From: an uncultured Alphaproteobacteria bacterium
GTDB lineage: Bacteria > Pseudomonadota > Alphaproteobacteria > Rhizobiales > Kaistiaceae
NCBI GenBank assembly: GCA_963759235.1
Contig: CAVWYO010000009.1
Coordinates: 90,499 to 154,498 of the forward strand
DNA length: 64,000 bases
Direction: 5' to 3'
The notes beneath the pieces are model-generated. The model worked only from the letters and a program-made list of their open reading frames with translations. It was not told where the DNA came from and did not search any database. Position 1 is the stretch's first letter; each line of letters begins with the position of its first letter. Shown here piece by piece: positions 1-9,605 of this stretch. Both the position numbers and the translations under genes were made by a program.

Positions 1-3000
1 CGGGAAGGCGCGAGCGCGTGAAGTCGAGCGCCTCGTAGAAGCCGTATCGTCCGGACGCCCCCATACTGGCAAGATGGGCAAAGTTCCCTATCGCCCCCCG
101 GGGGTCCACCATCGCCGCCAGCCCGGTTGCATAGGGGGCGACAACGACGTTCTCCGCGAGACCGCGCTTGAGGCCAAGGCCAGGAACGCCGAAATTGGAA
201 TACTGGTAGGTGAACTCCAGGTCGCGCGCGTTGTAGGCGGATTCCGAGATACCCCACGGAATTTTCAGCGTTTTCGCATAGGACTGCTGGCGCGCCACGA
301 CCAAGCGATTGGTCTGTTCAAGCAGGCTGCCGACCGGCGCCCGCATCACCAGCGCCGGCATGAGATATTCGAACATCGAACCTGACCAGGAGATCAGGGC
401 GGTTCCGCTCCCAAGCGGAGTCGCGGACCGGCCGAGGCGAAACCAGTGACGCGTCGGGACATCGCCCTTGGCGATGGCGAACAGGCTGGCAAGACGCGCT
501 TCAGATGCCAGGAGGTCGTAGCAGCTCGGGTCAAGACTGTCGTCGGCACGGGAATAACCGATCGACAGAAGCTTCCTCTGGGGGTCGAGGAGAAAAGCGA
601 AATCCATCGCCACTGCCATTTCGCGGGCGATGTTGGCGAGCGCGTTCAGCCGGTTCCTCAAAAGGTGTGGCGCTTCGGCGATCTGGACCAGATCGCGGCT
701 CTTTTCCGCCGCCTCGCGACCGATGGCTTCGATCCAGAACACCAGATCAGGAGCGCCCTCATCAATGGTGGCGGGCAGCATGTCACCCGCCGCCTTGGCG
801 GCCTTGTCGGCTAGCCGCTTCAACGTCGGCAAGAGAGCGACCAGCGCTTGCGTCCCTCGCAGATGAGTTTCGATTTCCACCAGAACAGATTCAAGGTGCC
901 GCCGCCGCTCACCGTCGCTCAGCGGGAAGACGTCGAGAGCCTCGCGCGCCAGGGCGGCATTGTCCGCCATCCCACGCCGGGCATCTGACGCCGAAAGACT
1001 TGTCGTCCACTCATCGCACGCGTTGGCAACGGCGATCAGGTGGCCGGCGAGATTGCCACTGTCCACGGATGAGACATAAGCCGGGTCGAGTGGACGAAGG
1101 TCGCGTACGTCATACCAGTTGAAGAAGTGGCCGTTGAAGCGCTGAAGCTTCAGCATGGAGCCGAAAGCCGCCTCGAGTCGCTCAACGGTTTCCGAGGTTG
1201 CCGCCCAGCCGAAGTCCCGCGCGGCAACCGCCGACAGAAGGTAGAGGCCGATGTTGGTCGGCGACGTCCGAAAGGCGACGACCGGTTTCGGATCCTCCTG
1301 GAAATTGTCAGGTGGCAGCATGTTGGTAGCCGGCGTGACGAAGGTTTCGAAGAAGCGCCAGGTGCGACGGGCGATCAGCCTCAGGTAGCGGGAATCGGAC
1401 TCCGATAGCGTGAGCCGCGGCGCGGCGGTCGGCAGCCGGCTGACGCGGAGCGCGATAGCCGGCGCCGCCAGCCAGCACACGGCGAATGGCAAAGCGATCG
1501 GCCATGACGAAGGCGATAGCAGGATCACCGCCGTCGCCATCACTAGGCCGAGTAAGACGCCACCCGCCATCCTCCGATAGAAGCCGCCAAGGTCCAGGCG
1601 GGGACTGGCCGTCGACTGCGCCGCCGTCATCCATTCGAGAAGGTGGCGATGGGTGATGAACAATCGCACCAGCGTTCTTGATATAGCGTCGCCCATCCGC
1701 CAGGCTTGATCCGCCAAAAAGGCAACCGACAAACAGGTTTGTGCGGCAGAGAGCTTTAGATCGCCGGCCACGGCGGCGAGATGGTTGCGAATGCGAATGC
1801 CCCGGCGACGGGGAACCGCAGTCAGCAGGCTCGGGAGGAATGCGGGGATGGCGATGGTAGCAAGGACGAGGGCCGTACCGGCAAGGGCCGAAGGCAACGG
1901 AACCAGCCAACAGAGGCCGAGCGCCGCCAGAGTGAATGGGGACACCGACGACCGCCGTAGATTATCCAACAGCTTACCTCGGCCGACCGGTGGGATTGCG
2001 AAACGTCCGACCGGGGACCCCAGAATCCAGGGCAGCAATTGCCAGTCGCCGCGCGTCCAGCGATGCAGACGCCTGGCGGTGACATCGTAGCGCGCCGGAA
2101 ACTCCTCAATCACCTCGACATCGGAAGCGAGGCCGGCACGGGCGAAAATCCCTTCGAACAAATCGTGGCTGAGCAACGCGTTCTCCGGCGCGCGGCCAGC
2201 GAGAGCAGCCTCGAATGCATCGACGTCGTAGATACCCTTGCCGGCATAGGAACCTTCGCCGAAGAGATCCTGGTAGACATCCGAGACTGCGGCCGCATAG
2301 GGATCGAGGCCGCCGGGCGAGGAGAATACCCTTTGATAGAATGATCCCTCGCGTCCGACAGGCAACGCGGGCGTGACACGCGGCTGGAGGATTGCGTAGC
2401 CGTCGACGACCCGCTGCTCGTGCTCACTGAACTTCGGTCGATTCAACGGATGAGCCATCTTGCCGACAAGGCGAAGCACGGTATCTCGCGTCAGCCTAGT
2501 ATCGGCATCGAGGGTAATGACGTAGCGCACATCGGCCGGCACCTTCGGCAGGTCCCCGGCGACGGCGATGAAGGTGGTGTCGGTGGCGCCGCGCAGAAGC
2601 CGATTCAGCTCATGCAGCTTCCCCCTCTTGCGTTCCCATCCCATCCATTTTCCCTCGCCCGGATTGAAGACGCGGCGCCTGTGCAGGAGGAGGAAGCGGT
2701 CTCCGGCGGGGCCAGGTCCATGGCGGGCGTTGAGGCGACGGATCGCCTGGGCGGCGACACTGAGCAAATGCGCGTCGGTGCTGAGAACCTCCTCGTCGGC
2801 ATCAATCCCGTCCGACACAAGCGCAAAGGAAAGATCGCCCACGGCACATGCGAGATAATGCACTTCGAGCAGCTCGATCTGCTCGACAAGGTCGGCTTCA
2901 CTGGTCAGAAGCGTGGGTACTGCGACAAGCGTTCTCAGCGAAGGCGGTACTCCCCCAACGAGTTCGAGGCTCGGCAGCGCTGCCGCGCCAAAGCTCCAGG

Positions 3001-4402
3001 TGATCGCGCGATTGACCAGCGCGGTCGCAAGCTCGCTCGCCGGCACGAAACCCACGAGAATGAAGAGCACGAGCCATCCGGGGAAGAGTCCAGGCGTCCA
3101 CAGGGCCGAGACGGCAAGCGCCAGCAACGCCGCTGCGACGATCAGGATCGCCCCGACATAGCCGCCGATGCCGAGCCGGATGTTCATTCGGCTGACCCGC
3201 AGCCGCAACGGGAGTCTGAACCCGATGCGACGCTCGAGGCCCGCACGACCGGCTGCGGTCAAATGATAGCCGGGATCGCCGAGGCGCCTGGCTTCCGTCA
3301 CGTCCGGAGCGTCCACCACGGCAAGGCGCGCGGCGTCGAGTGCGTGATCGGTCACCTCGAGTTCCGTGAATGACGACCCGCGGGCGAGTTGCTCGACGGC
3401 ACTCCGGTAGAGGTTGCGGGTCGGGAAATCCATAGCCGCGAAGTCGCTGTTCGCACGCAGTTGCCCGTCGACTGGACTGACGCTTTCGAACCAGTCGGCC
3501 CAGTCGATGTCGGAGACGAGCCGCATGCTGGCGATGATGTTGCGCACCGTCACATTGGACGAGCCCTGTCTGCGCTGGGCATGCTCCACGACATCGTTGA
3601 TCGAACTACCTTGAAATCCGAGCCGCTCCTCCAGCCAGCCCAGCGCGGGCATCGTGCGGGGATCGATGTCTCTCAGCCTCTTGGCGAGCTGCGCGGCGAA
3701 GATCTCCGGCAAGGGGCCGGGCTCACGGCTTGCAATATCCGACTCGAGCGCGGAACGAGCATGCCCTTGCTCGAGCAGGCGGTCGGCGACCGCATCGGCA
3801 TCCGCGCGCCCACTGCGCCCGACCGTGATCTGATCAGCGAGACGTCGCAGGTTTTCGACGAGAACGATACGCAGCGTGATCGCCACGGCCCACAATTCAC
3901 CGATCGTCAGCGGCTGTATCCGCTGATAGGCGAGGACGAACCGACGCAGGGCGTGCGGGTCGAAGTGACTATCAGTGTGGGCGACAAACGCCCATGCGAG
4001 CCCAAAGACCCTGGGATACCCCGCAAAGGGGCCTGCCGCCAGTTTCGGCAGCAACCTGTAGTAGCCGGGAGGCAGGTCGTTCCGAATCTCGCGAACTTGG
4101 CTTTCGACCAGGTGGTAGTTGTCGAGAAGCCATTCCGCGGCAGGAACCACGCCCCTGTCGCTCTCCACCTCGAGGGCACTGGCCCTGTAAGCAGCGAGCA
4201 GCACCGCCGCATTGTCGTTGAGTCGGGTCTTGAGGGGAACGACGGAGGGTGGCCTAGTCGTGATCGGCTGGGACGCCGCCAAGCTTTCGGCGTGCCGCTC
4301 AAGTCGCTCGACGCTGAAAAGCTCCTCTCGCACCGGCGACCGATTGTCCCACGGGGGGGATGACAAGCGCTTTCCCAAGGCATGACGAAGGAGCGAGGTC
4401 AT
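1..4402 (-). CDS. ndvB: cyclic beta-1,2-glucan synthase, N-terminal ~1467 codons (3' end runs off the left edge of the window)
   Basis: Absent from the ORF track because its stop is off-window. My reverse-strand translation from ATG 4402..4400 (AAGGA 5 nt upstream) reads MTSLLRHALGKRLSSPPWDNRSPVREELFSVERLERHAESLA... It then passes TM-rich segments and a glycosyltransferase motif VRYVITLDADTRLTRDT (about nt 2470-2520), and ends with ...ASGRYGFYEALDFTRSRLP at nt 1-57. The plus-strand ORFs listed over 74-4363 are mirror-frame artefacts. Confidence 0.85.
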   Translation of the reverse strand, partial: MTSLLRHALGKRLSSPPWDNRSPVREELFSVERLERHAESLAASQPITTRPPSVVPLKTRLNDNAAVLLAAYRASALEVESDRGVVPAAEWLLDNYHLVESQVREIRNDLPPGYYRLLPKLAAGPFAGYPRVFGLAWAFVAHTDSHFDPHALRRFVLAYQRIQPLTIGELWAVAITLRIVLVENLRRLADQITVGRSGRADADAVADRLLEQGHARSALESDIASREPGPLPEIFAAQLAKRLRDIDPRTMPALGWLEERLGFQGSSINDVVEHAQRRQGSSNVTVRNIIASMRLVSDIDWADWFESVSPVDGQLRANSDFAAMDFPTRNLYRSAVEQLARGSSFTELEVTDHALDAARLAVVDAPDVTEARRLGDPGYHLTAAGRAGLERRIGFRLPLRLRVSRMNIRLGIGGYVGAILIVAAALLALAVSALWTPGLFPGWLVLFILVGFVPASELATALVNRAITWSFGAAALPSLELVGGVPPSLRTLVAVPTLLTSEADLVEQIELLEVHYLACAVGDLSFALVSDGIDADEEVLSTDAHLLSVAAQAIRRLNARHGPGPAGDRFLLLHRRRVFNPGEGKWMGWERKRGKLHELNRLLRGATDTTFIAVAGDLPKVPADVRYVITLDADTRLTRDTVLRLVGKMAHPLNRPKFSEHEQRVVDGYAILQPRVTPALPVGREGSFYQRVFSSPGGLDPYAAAVSDVYQDLFGEGSYAGKGIYDVDAFEAALAGRAPENALLSHDLFEGIFARAGLASDVEVIEEFPARYDVTARRLHRWTRGDWQLLPWILGSPVGRFAIPPVGRGKLLDNLRRSSVSPFTLAALGLCWLVPLPSALAGTALVLATIAIPAFLPSLLTAVPRRRGIRIRNHLAAVAGDLKLSAAQTCLSVAFLADQAWRMGDAISRTLVRLFITHRHLLEWMTAAQSTASPRLDLGGFYRRMAGGVLLGLVMATAVILLSPSSWPIALPFAVCWLAAPAIALRVSRLPTAAPRLTLSESDSRYLRLIARRTWRFFETFVTPATNMLPPDNFQEDPKPVVAFRTSPTNIGLYLLSAVAARDFGWAATSETVERLEAAFGSMLKLQRFNGHFFNWYDVRDLRPLDPAYVSSVDSGNLAGHLIAVANACDEWTTSLSASDARRGMADNAALAREALDVFPLSDGERRRHLESVLVEIETHLRGTQALVALLPTLKRLADKAAKAAGDMLPATIDEGAPDLVFWIEAIGREAAEKSRDLVQIAEAPHLLRNRLNALANIAREMAVAMDFAFLLDPQRKLLSIGYSRADDSLDPSCYDLLASEARLASLFAIAKGDVPTRHWFRLGRSATPLGSGTALISWSGSMFEYLMPALVMRAPVGSLLEQTNRLVVARQQSYAKTLKIPWGISESAYNARDLEFTYQYSNFGVPGLGLKRGLAENVVVAPYATGLAAMVDPRGAIGNFAHLASMGASGRYGFYEALDFTRSRLP

Positions 4403-4551
4403 GAGTTCCTTTCGTCAGTTGTTCGCGCGCGGGCGGGAGCGAGCCCGATCGAACGTGCCCGGGGTAGCCCGGGCCGATCACGATGCTACCGGCAGGATGT
4501 CATATGAAAGGGATCGCGTGACCAGCCCTTGGACGGCCCGGCGATCGGTTG

Positions 4552-4767
4552 TCAGGCCCGGTACAACGTGCTCAGTGGCGCCAATCGAAGGTGAGTGGCA
4601 AGTCGCCGGATACGCCCACGTGGGCAATCACTTGCTGCCGGCAGCCGCTTTTCGGAAAACCGGATGCCCAGAAGTTGCCCATCTTCGGTCTGCAGCCGAA
4701 CGTCCGTTCGACCGAACACTTTCCTGAGCGCCTCCGCAGGCATTCTGATCTCGCCGCTCGCGGTCAC
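4552..4767 (-). CDS. hypothetical protein; boundaries doubtful, possibly a decayed gene
   Basis: Listed 71-aa ORF with a GTG start. The same frame stays open and protein-like for 35 more codons upstream, right up to the TGA of the preceding gene. A +1 frame gives a more protein-like C-terminus (VIAHVGVSGDLPLTFDWRH*). See finding. Confidence 0.25.
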   Translation of the reverse strand: MTASGEIRMPAEALRKVFGRTDVRLQTEDGQLLGIRFSEKRLPAASDCPRGRIRRLATHLRLAPLSTLYRA

Positions 4768-4872
4768 TGCGCCGAACTTTGCGACATAGCCTTCGATCTC
4801 GTAGTCGGCACCACCAATCGTTTGTTCTCCGAGCTTGGGGTCGCCGGTCCCGTGAAGTTCACCAAGGCATGG

Positions 4873-5160
4873 TCAATTCTCTTCATTTGAGGGCGGCTGC
4901 GAGTGACGCAAATCCTTTGCCAGGGCTGCCTCCAGTTCCCAGGATTCGACCGGTACCAACTGGCGAGTCCGGCTTCCTGCCGAAATGGCGGGCGTGTGCA
5001 GCATCGTCACCGCGCGCCGATAGGCGAGAAAGGAAATCCCAGCGATCTCTTCTTCGTCGATCGTCAACCGATACGTGCCCGCCGGTTGTGGGCGGTCGAA
5101 TGAATCCAGCTTGAACGGATTGTTGAAGGTAACCGTCGACTCGGTGGTCCGGACCGTCAT
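4873..5160 (-). CDS. small conserved hypothetical protein (95 aa)
   Basis: ORF-track protein MTVRTTESTVTFNNPFKLDSFDRPQPAGTYRLTIDEEEIAGISFLAYRRAVTMLHTP... It resembles, from memory, a small protein family common in rhizobia. Its composition is non-artefactual. Confidence 0.55.
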   Translation of the reverse strand: MTVRTTESTVTFNNPFKLDSFDRPQPAGTYRLTIDEEEIAGISFLAYRRAVTMLHTPAISAGSRTRQLVPVESWELEAALAKDLRHSQPPSNEEN

Positions 5161-5170
5161 TCGATGCCCG

Positions 5171-5299
5171 TCAGCGCTTGGTCTTGAGGTTGCTGATCCC
5201 GACCGGCCTTTCCTTGGTCGAGGAGGCCGCGGCGACTTCAGGTTCCTTCTTCTTCGGCTTCCTGATTTCCCGGTTTCCGCGTGTCTGTCCTTTGGCCAT
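5171..5299 (-). CDS. small Lys/Arg-rich protein, 42 aa (below the ORF-track size cut-off)
   Basis: Hand translation: MAKGQTRGNREIRKPKKKEPEVAAASSTKERPVGISNLKTKR*. AGGAGG lies 5 nt upstream of the ATG at 5299..5297; the TGA is at 5173..5171. Confidence 0.45.
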   Translation of the reverse strand: MAKGQTRGNREIRKPKKKEPEVAAASSTKERPVGISNLKTKR

Positions 5300-5454
5300 G
5301 AAGTCCTCCTGTTGTGACCCGACGTTGGGGCAGGCAGTCAGTGTCTCGCGCCATCGACGAGCCGGCGAGCGACGCGGACTTGAGAGGCCTCAGGCCGGCG
5401 GCACGCATTGCCGTTCAAGCACGCCCGGAACGACGCCGGATCGCGATGCAGCGA

Positions 5455-5667
5455 TCAGTCAAGAAGCTTGAGGTTGTCGGCGGCCAGCTTGCCGCTCTTC
5501 TGATCGGACACCAGGTCGAAGCCGATCATTTGGCCTTCGCGCAAGTCATCGATACCGGCCCGTTCGACGGCACTGACGTGGACAAATGCATCGGCGCCGC
5601 CGTCATCCGGCGCAATGAAACCAAAGCCCTTTTGGGCGTTGAACCATTTCACGGTTCCCTTAGCCAT
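5455..5667 (-). CDS. cspA: cold-shock protein, CspA family (70 aa)
   Basis: MAKGTVKWFNAQKGFGFIAPDDGGADAFVHVSAVE... carries the canonical CSD RNP1/RNP2 motifs (KGFGFI, VFVHVS-like). Confidence 0.95.
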   Translation of the reverse strand: MAKGTVKWFNAQKGFGFIAPDDGGADAFVHVSAVERAGIDDLREGQMIGFDLVSDQKSGKLAADNLKLLD

Positions 5668-5935
5668 CTGGAAAATCTTTCATGAACAGAGCTTGCTTGC
5701 CGCAGTCGCGGACAGTCGAAATCGCGTTGTCAGGAAAGAGTGTCAGCGGCGCCGATACCTTTGGCGCAAGCCGAGTCGTCCGCCCCTCTATCGACGAGTC
5801 TTCAAATGGGAATGCGGCGCGCATACTTCAATAAGCGCGTGAACTATTTTCACTAGCGATCGACACCTTAGTTCCGCCCTGTCGAACGAGGCTGGTGGGA
5901 AAACAGCGCGTGGTTTTCCGGTGCTGGGGTAAGCT

Positions 5936-6072
5936 ATGGTCAATCTTCGGATTCGTCGCAGCACGACATATCGATACCAGCATCCCGTCGCCCTTGGACC
6001 ACATCGGCTGATGCTTCGCCCCCGTGAGAGTCCGGATCTTCGCTTGATTTGCAGCGAACTGGTCGTCACGCG
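5936..6072 (+). pseudogene. transglutaminase-family protein, N-terminal stub only
   Basis: MVNLRIRRSTTYRYQHPVALGPHRLMLRPRESPDLRL matches the bacterial transglutaminase-like N-terminal region pattern. The similarity ends about 6060-6072, where an opposite-strand recombinase fragment begins. The 370-aa ORF 5936..7048 is a chimera. Confidence 0.5.
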
Positions 6073-6142
6073 GCCGTTGAGGGCGGAAGCAAGGCCGCGC
6101 AGGTTGCCAACCCCTGAAGCGCGGAGCGCTGAGATGGTGTGG
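6072..6142 (-). pseudogene. serine recombinase fragment (about 24 codons)
   Basis: ...[24 protein letters not shown] aligns with ...[24 protein letters not shown] of the recombinase at 11524..12218. At the DNA level, 6081-6150 and 11621-11690 are visibly alignable. Confidence 0.5.
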
Positions 6143-6156
6143 GCTCCCAAAAGAAG

Positions 6157-6224
6157 CCGCCTCAGGTGGGAGGAAGAATCTGAGGCGGTTCATGTAGCGC
6201 GAATGACGGGACAAACGTCATTCG
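6157..6224. repeat. two adjacent perfect hairpins
   Basis: Hairpin 1: CCGCCTCAG (6157-6165), 14-nt loop, CTGAGGCGG (6180-6188). Hairpin 2: GCGAATGACG (6198-6207), 7-nt loop, CGTCATTCGC (6215-6224). Confidence 0.6.
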
Positions 6225-6293
6225 CTTATCGAGCATTGGACTCCCGCCGGATTAACAAGTCGCCAATAAGCAGCCTTGGCGCGTTGGCCATAA

Positions 6294-7199
6294 AAGGCGT
6301 CGGCCGTGATCTACAATCTCCTGTTCAAGGCTTCCGCCGAGACCATGATCACCATCGCTGCCGATCCAAAACACCTCGGCGCCAGGATGGCATCACCTCG
6401 GTGCTCCATAGCTCGGGCTCGGCCATGACCCATCACCCGCACGTGCACATGATCGTGCCGAGCGGTGGGATCGCGCCAGCCTGCCCCGGACCCCGATCCG
6501 GGGGGCGAGCGTTGGATCGCCTGCCGGCCGAACTTCTTCCTGCCGGTGCGGGTACTCTCACGCCTGTTCCGGCGGCGGTTCCTTGCCATGCTCGTCGCCA
6601 GCCGCGAGGCTGGTCACCTCAAGTTCTTCGGCGAGCACGCGTCTCTCGCTGGCGCGGAAGCCTTCGCCGCCTTTCTGGCACCGCTGCGCAAGGTCGAATG
6701 GGTCGTCTATTGCAAGCGCCCGTTCGGCGGGCCGCAAGCCGTCCTTGCCTACCTCTCCCGCTATACCCATCGCGTCGCCATCTCCAACAGCCGCTTGATC
6801 GCGGCCGGCGAGAAGGGCGTGACCTTCAAGGTCAAGGATTACCGGATCGAGGGGCCCGGCCGCTACAAGACGATGACGCTCGCCACAGGCGAGTTCATCC
6901 GCCGCTTCCTCATCCACGTCCTGCCGAAGGATCTCCACCGCATCCGCCACTACGGCCTCTTCGCCAACGCCTCGCGCGCCGACAACATCGCACGAGCCCG
7001 CCAATTGCTGGCCGCACCTCTGTCACACAATGGGTCCGTCGATGCTGAGCTCGGGCGCGGCAGCGAGCCACCCGCTCCCTCGCATCCCTGTCCTTGCTGC
7101 GGCGGCCGCATGATCATCATCGAGACTTTCGCGCGCGGCTGCTCCCCCCGCTATCGTCCCGAGCCGCCGACCATCGTCATCAGGATCGACACCTCATGA
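6294..7199 (+). pseudogene. IS91-family (rolling-circle, Y2) transposase remnant, 5'-truncated and frameshifted
   Basis: Three frames carry consecutive pieces. The first reads ...VIYNLLFKASAETMITIAADPKHLGAR, the second GITSVLHSSGSAMTHHPHVHMIVPSGGI, and the third (ORF 6465..7199) GERWIACRPNFFLPVRVLSRLFRRRFL...YLSRYTHRVAISNSRL...HRIRHYGLFAN...CPCCGGRM. The N-terminal ~100 aa are missing. Confidence 0.8.
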
Positions 7200-7695
7200 C
7201 GACGATGGTTCCGCTGCCGTTCGGGATTCCACGCTGTCCTCGGCTGGTCACGCCGCCGCTCGCCCAAACGCCGCAGTTCGACCCCTCACGTTCGTCGATC
7301 TTCACCGATCGATGCCGGAAACAACCGCACCAACCAACTTCTCGGCTGCCTGAGAAACGCTGATAGCGCTCCGCAACCGCGCGGGCTTGCCTCCAGCACA
7401 CCGCCCGCAATCGCCAAATCCCCATAGGGCCTGGGGCATCATCTAAACGCCCCCGCGATTTCCTCCCTTGGAGGCTTTCCGACGCCGGCCCCCGGTGCCG
7501 GCGGACCCGTTCGCGATCGGCCGGCCTCCGAAACCCTTCACAGAAGCCGACGTCAGCGCCGATTGGCGCAACCCCCCGGAGGACCGAGATCATGCCGATG
7601 TCGGCGTTGGTAGATTTGCCGCAAATCGTCTACCATGCCGCCTAACGATAAGCGAAAAGCGCCGGTCCGTCAGACCAAAGGGGGAGGAAAAATCC

Positions 7696-8709
7696 ATGAA
7701 GTTCAGAACGCTATTGGTTTCCGCCGCGATTGTGGCTATGGCGGCCGTACCGGCTGCCGCTCAGACGACGCACCTGCGCATACAGACCCACTACGCGCCG
7801 GAGACGATTTCCGGCAAGAACGCTGCGCAGTTTGTGGACGACGTTCAGACGATGTCGAATGGCGATATTACCATCGAGATGTTCTATTCCTCGTCGGTGG
7901 TCGCCTCGGTCGAGACATTCGATGCCGCGGCCAACGGAATCCTTGATTGCGACATGACTGGCGGCGCCTATCAGACCGGCAAGAATCCTGCCTTCCAGTT
8001 CGTCGGCGACATCATGGGCGGTTACGACACGCCGTTCCAGCAGCTCGGCTGGCTCTACACGGGCGGCGGCTTCGAGGAGGCCCAGAAGCTCTACAACAAA
8101 TACGGCATGCAGTTGATCGGCTGGTGGGTCGTCGGGCAGGAATCACTGGTTTCGACCAAGCCGATCCGGGGCGTGGCCGACCTCAAGGACTGGAAGTTCC
8201 GCTCGCCGCCCGGGATGGAGACCAAGATCTTCGAGAAGCTCGGCGCCAAGCCCGTCGTGATGGATTTCACCGAGGTCTTTACCGCCCTGCAATCCGGGAT
8301 CATCGACGGCGCCGATGCCTCGATCCTCGCCAACAACAAGGGCATGGGCCTCTACGACGTGGCCAAAAACGCGACTTATCCGGGCTTCCACTCGATGCCG
8401 TCCGACCACCTCGCCTGCAACAAGACGGTGTGGGACGCGATGCCTGAGTATCAGAAGCGAATCATGCAAGTTGCCATGGGGAATCTGGCGCTGCAGCAGG
8501 CGCTGACGTCGGCGAAGGCGAACGCCCAGGCGGCGCGTGACCTGGAGGCCGCTGGCGTGAAGGTCTGGGACTGGTCGCCGGAGGACCGCGCGGCGTTCCG
8601 CAAGGCGGCGATCGAGACCTGGCCGGAATTCGCCACGACGCCGGAGGCGAAGGCGCTCGTCGCGAGCCACCAAGCCTACCTGAAGTCGATCGGCGTCCTG
8701 CCCGAATAA
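7696..8709 (+). CDS. TRAP transporter substrate-binding protein (DctP family), 337 aa
   Basis: Internal ATG 7696 follows GGGGAGGA. Signal peptide MKFRTLLVSAAIVAMAAVPAAAQ. DctP-type body (...FRSPPGMETKIFEKLGAKPVVMDFTEVFTALQSGIIDGAD...). Confidence 0.9.
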   Translation: MKFRTLLVSAAIVAMAAVPAAAQTTHLRIQTHYAPETISGKNAAQFVDDVQTMSNGDITIEMFYSSSVVASVETFDAAANGILDCDMTGGAYQTGKNPAFQFVGDIMGGYDTPFQQLGWLYTGGGFEEAQKLYNKYGMQLIGWWVVGQESLVSTKPIRGVADLKDWKFRSPPGMETKIFEKLGAKPVVMDFTEVFTALQSGIIDGADASILANNKGMGLYDVAKNATYPGFHSMPSDHLACNKTVWDAMPEYQKRIMQVAMGNLALQQALTSAKANAQAARDLEAAGVKVWDWSPEDRAAFRKAAIETWPEFATTPEAKALVASHQAYLKSIGVLPE

Positions 8710-8786
8710 CACCGATGCCGTTTTGCGCATAACAGGACCGGGCGGGCCCCCCGCGGGGCTCGCCCGGTTCTTATCCGGAGGATGCG

Positions 8787-9605
8787 GTGGACGGGCAAAG
8801 CCTTTGGCTGGGACCGTTGCGGCGGCCCATACGGTTGCTGATGATCGGGCTGATGGCCGCGATGGGGCTCGTCTGGCTCTGGCTGGTGATCGGTATCCTG
8901 TTCTTGGGAAGCGATGTCAGCATGTCGACGATCCTGAGGCCGGGCGACCACACTGTCGTGCGCGTCTTCCTCTGGCTCCTGCTCGCCGCCGTCCTTGCTG
9001 CATGTCTTTATCTCTCCGACAGCCGCGGCGCTATCGAGGTGGAGCCGGCGGGTCCCTTCGACATCCTGTCGCTGATCCTCGGCCGCCTCGCGATGATTGC
9101 CGTCGCGGTCGTGGTCGGCGTGATGTTCTACGAGGTCGTCGCCCGCTACGTCTTTTCCAAGCCGACGCTCTGGGCCAACGAGATGTCGCTCTGGATCGCC
9201 GGTTTCATCTTTCTGCTGGCCGGGCTCTACGCCATGCAGCAGCGCAGCCATATCCGCATCTATGTCATCTACGACCTGATGCCGCGCTGGGCCCAGAAGC
9301 TCTCCGACACAGTGACGGTCGTGCTGATCTGGGTGTTCTTCGTCTCGCTGGTCTGGGGCGGCTACAACGAAGTGCTGGCGAAGCTCATGCGGATGGAGAC
9401 CTTCGGCACCGCGTGGGATCCGCCGCTCCCTTCGACAGTGAAGGCGGCGATACTGGTCGTCATCGGCCTCGTCGCGCTGCAGGCCACATCGAACCTGATT
9501 GCCGATTGGCACAAGGCGCCCGAGCACCATACCGCCGCCGACGAGGTTGACGATCAGGAGATCGAACAGATCCGCAAGGCGTTGGGGGCCGACGACAATG
9601 GTTGA
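8787..9605 (+). CDS. TRAP transporter small permease (DctQ family) with a long N-terminal extension
   Basis: GTG 8787 lies 8 nt after GGAGG. The DctQ-like core is LGRLAMIAVAVVVGVMFYEVVARYVFSKPTLWANEMSLWIAGFIFLLAGLYA. Its stop overlaps the start of the next gene (ATGGTTGA). Confidence 0.8.
   Translation: MDGQSLWLGPLRRPIRLLMIGLMAAMGLVWLWLVIGILFLGSDVSMSTILRPGDHTVVRVFLWLLLAAVLAACLYLSDSRGAIEVEPAGPFDILSLILGRLAMIAVAVVVGVMFYEVVARYVFSKPTLWANEMSLWIAGFIFLLAGLYAMQQRSHIRIYVIYDLMPRWAQKLSDTVTVVLIWVFFVSLVWGGYNEVLAKLMRMETFGTAWDPPLPSTVKAAILVVIGLVALQATSNLIADWHKAPEHHTAADEVDDQEIEQIRKALGADDNG

Noticed and set aside
5936-7048. 370-aa ORF taken at face value as one protein
   Set aside because: It is a chimera. It reads a transglutaminase-like stub, then the antisense of a recombinase fragment, then one of the frames of a broken IS91 transposase.
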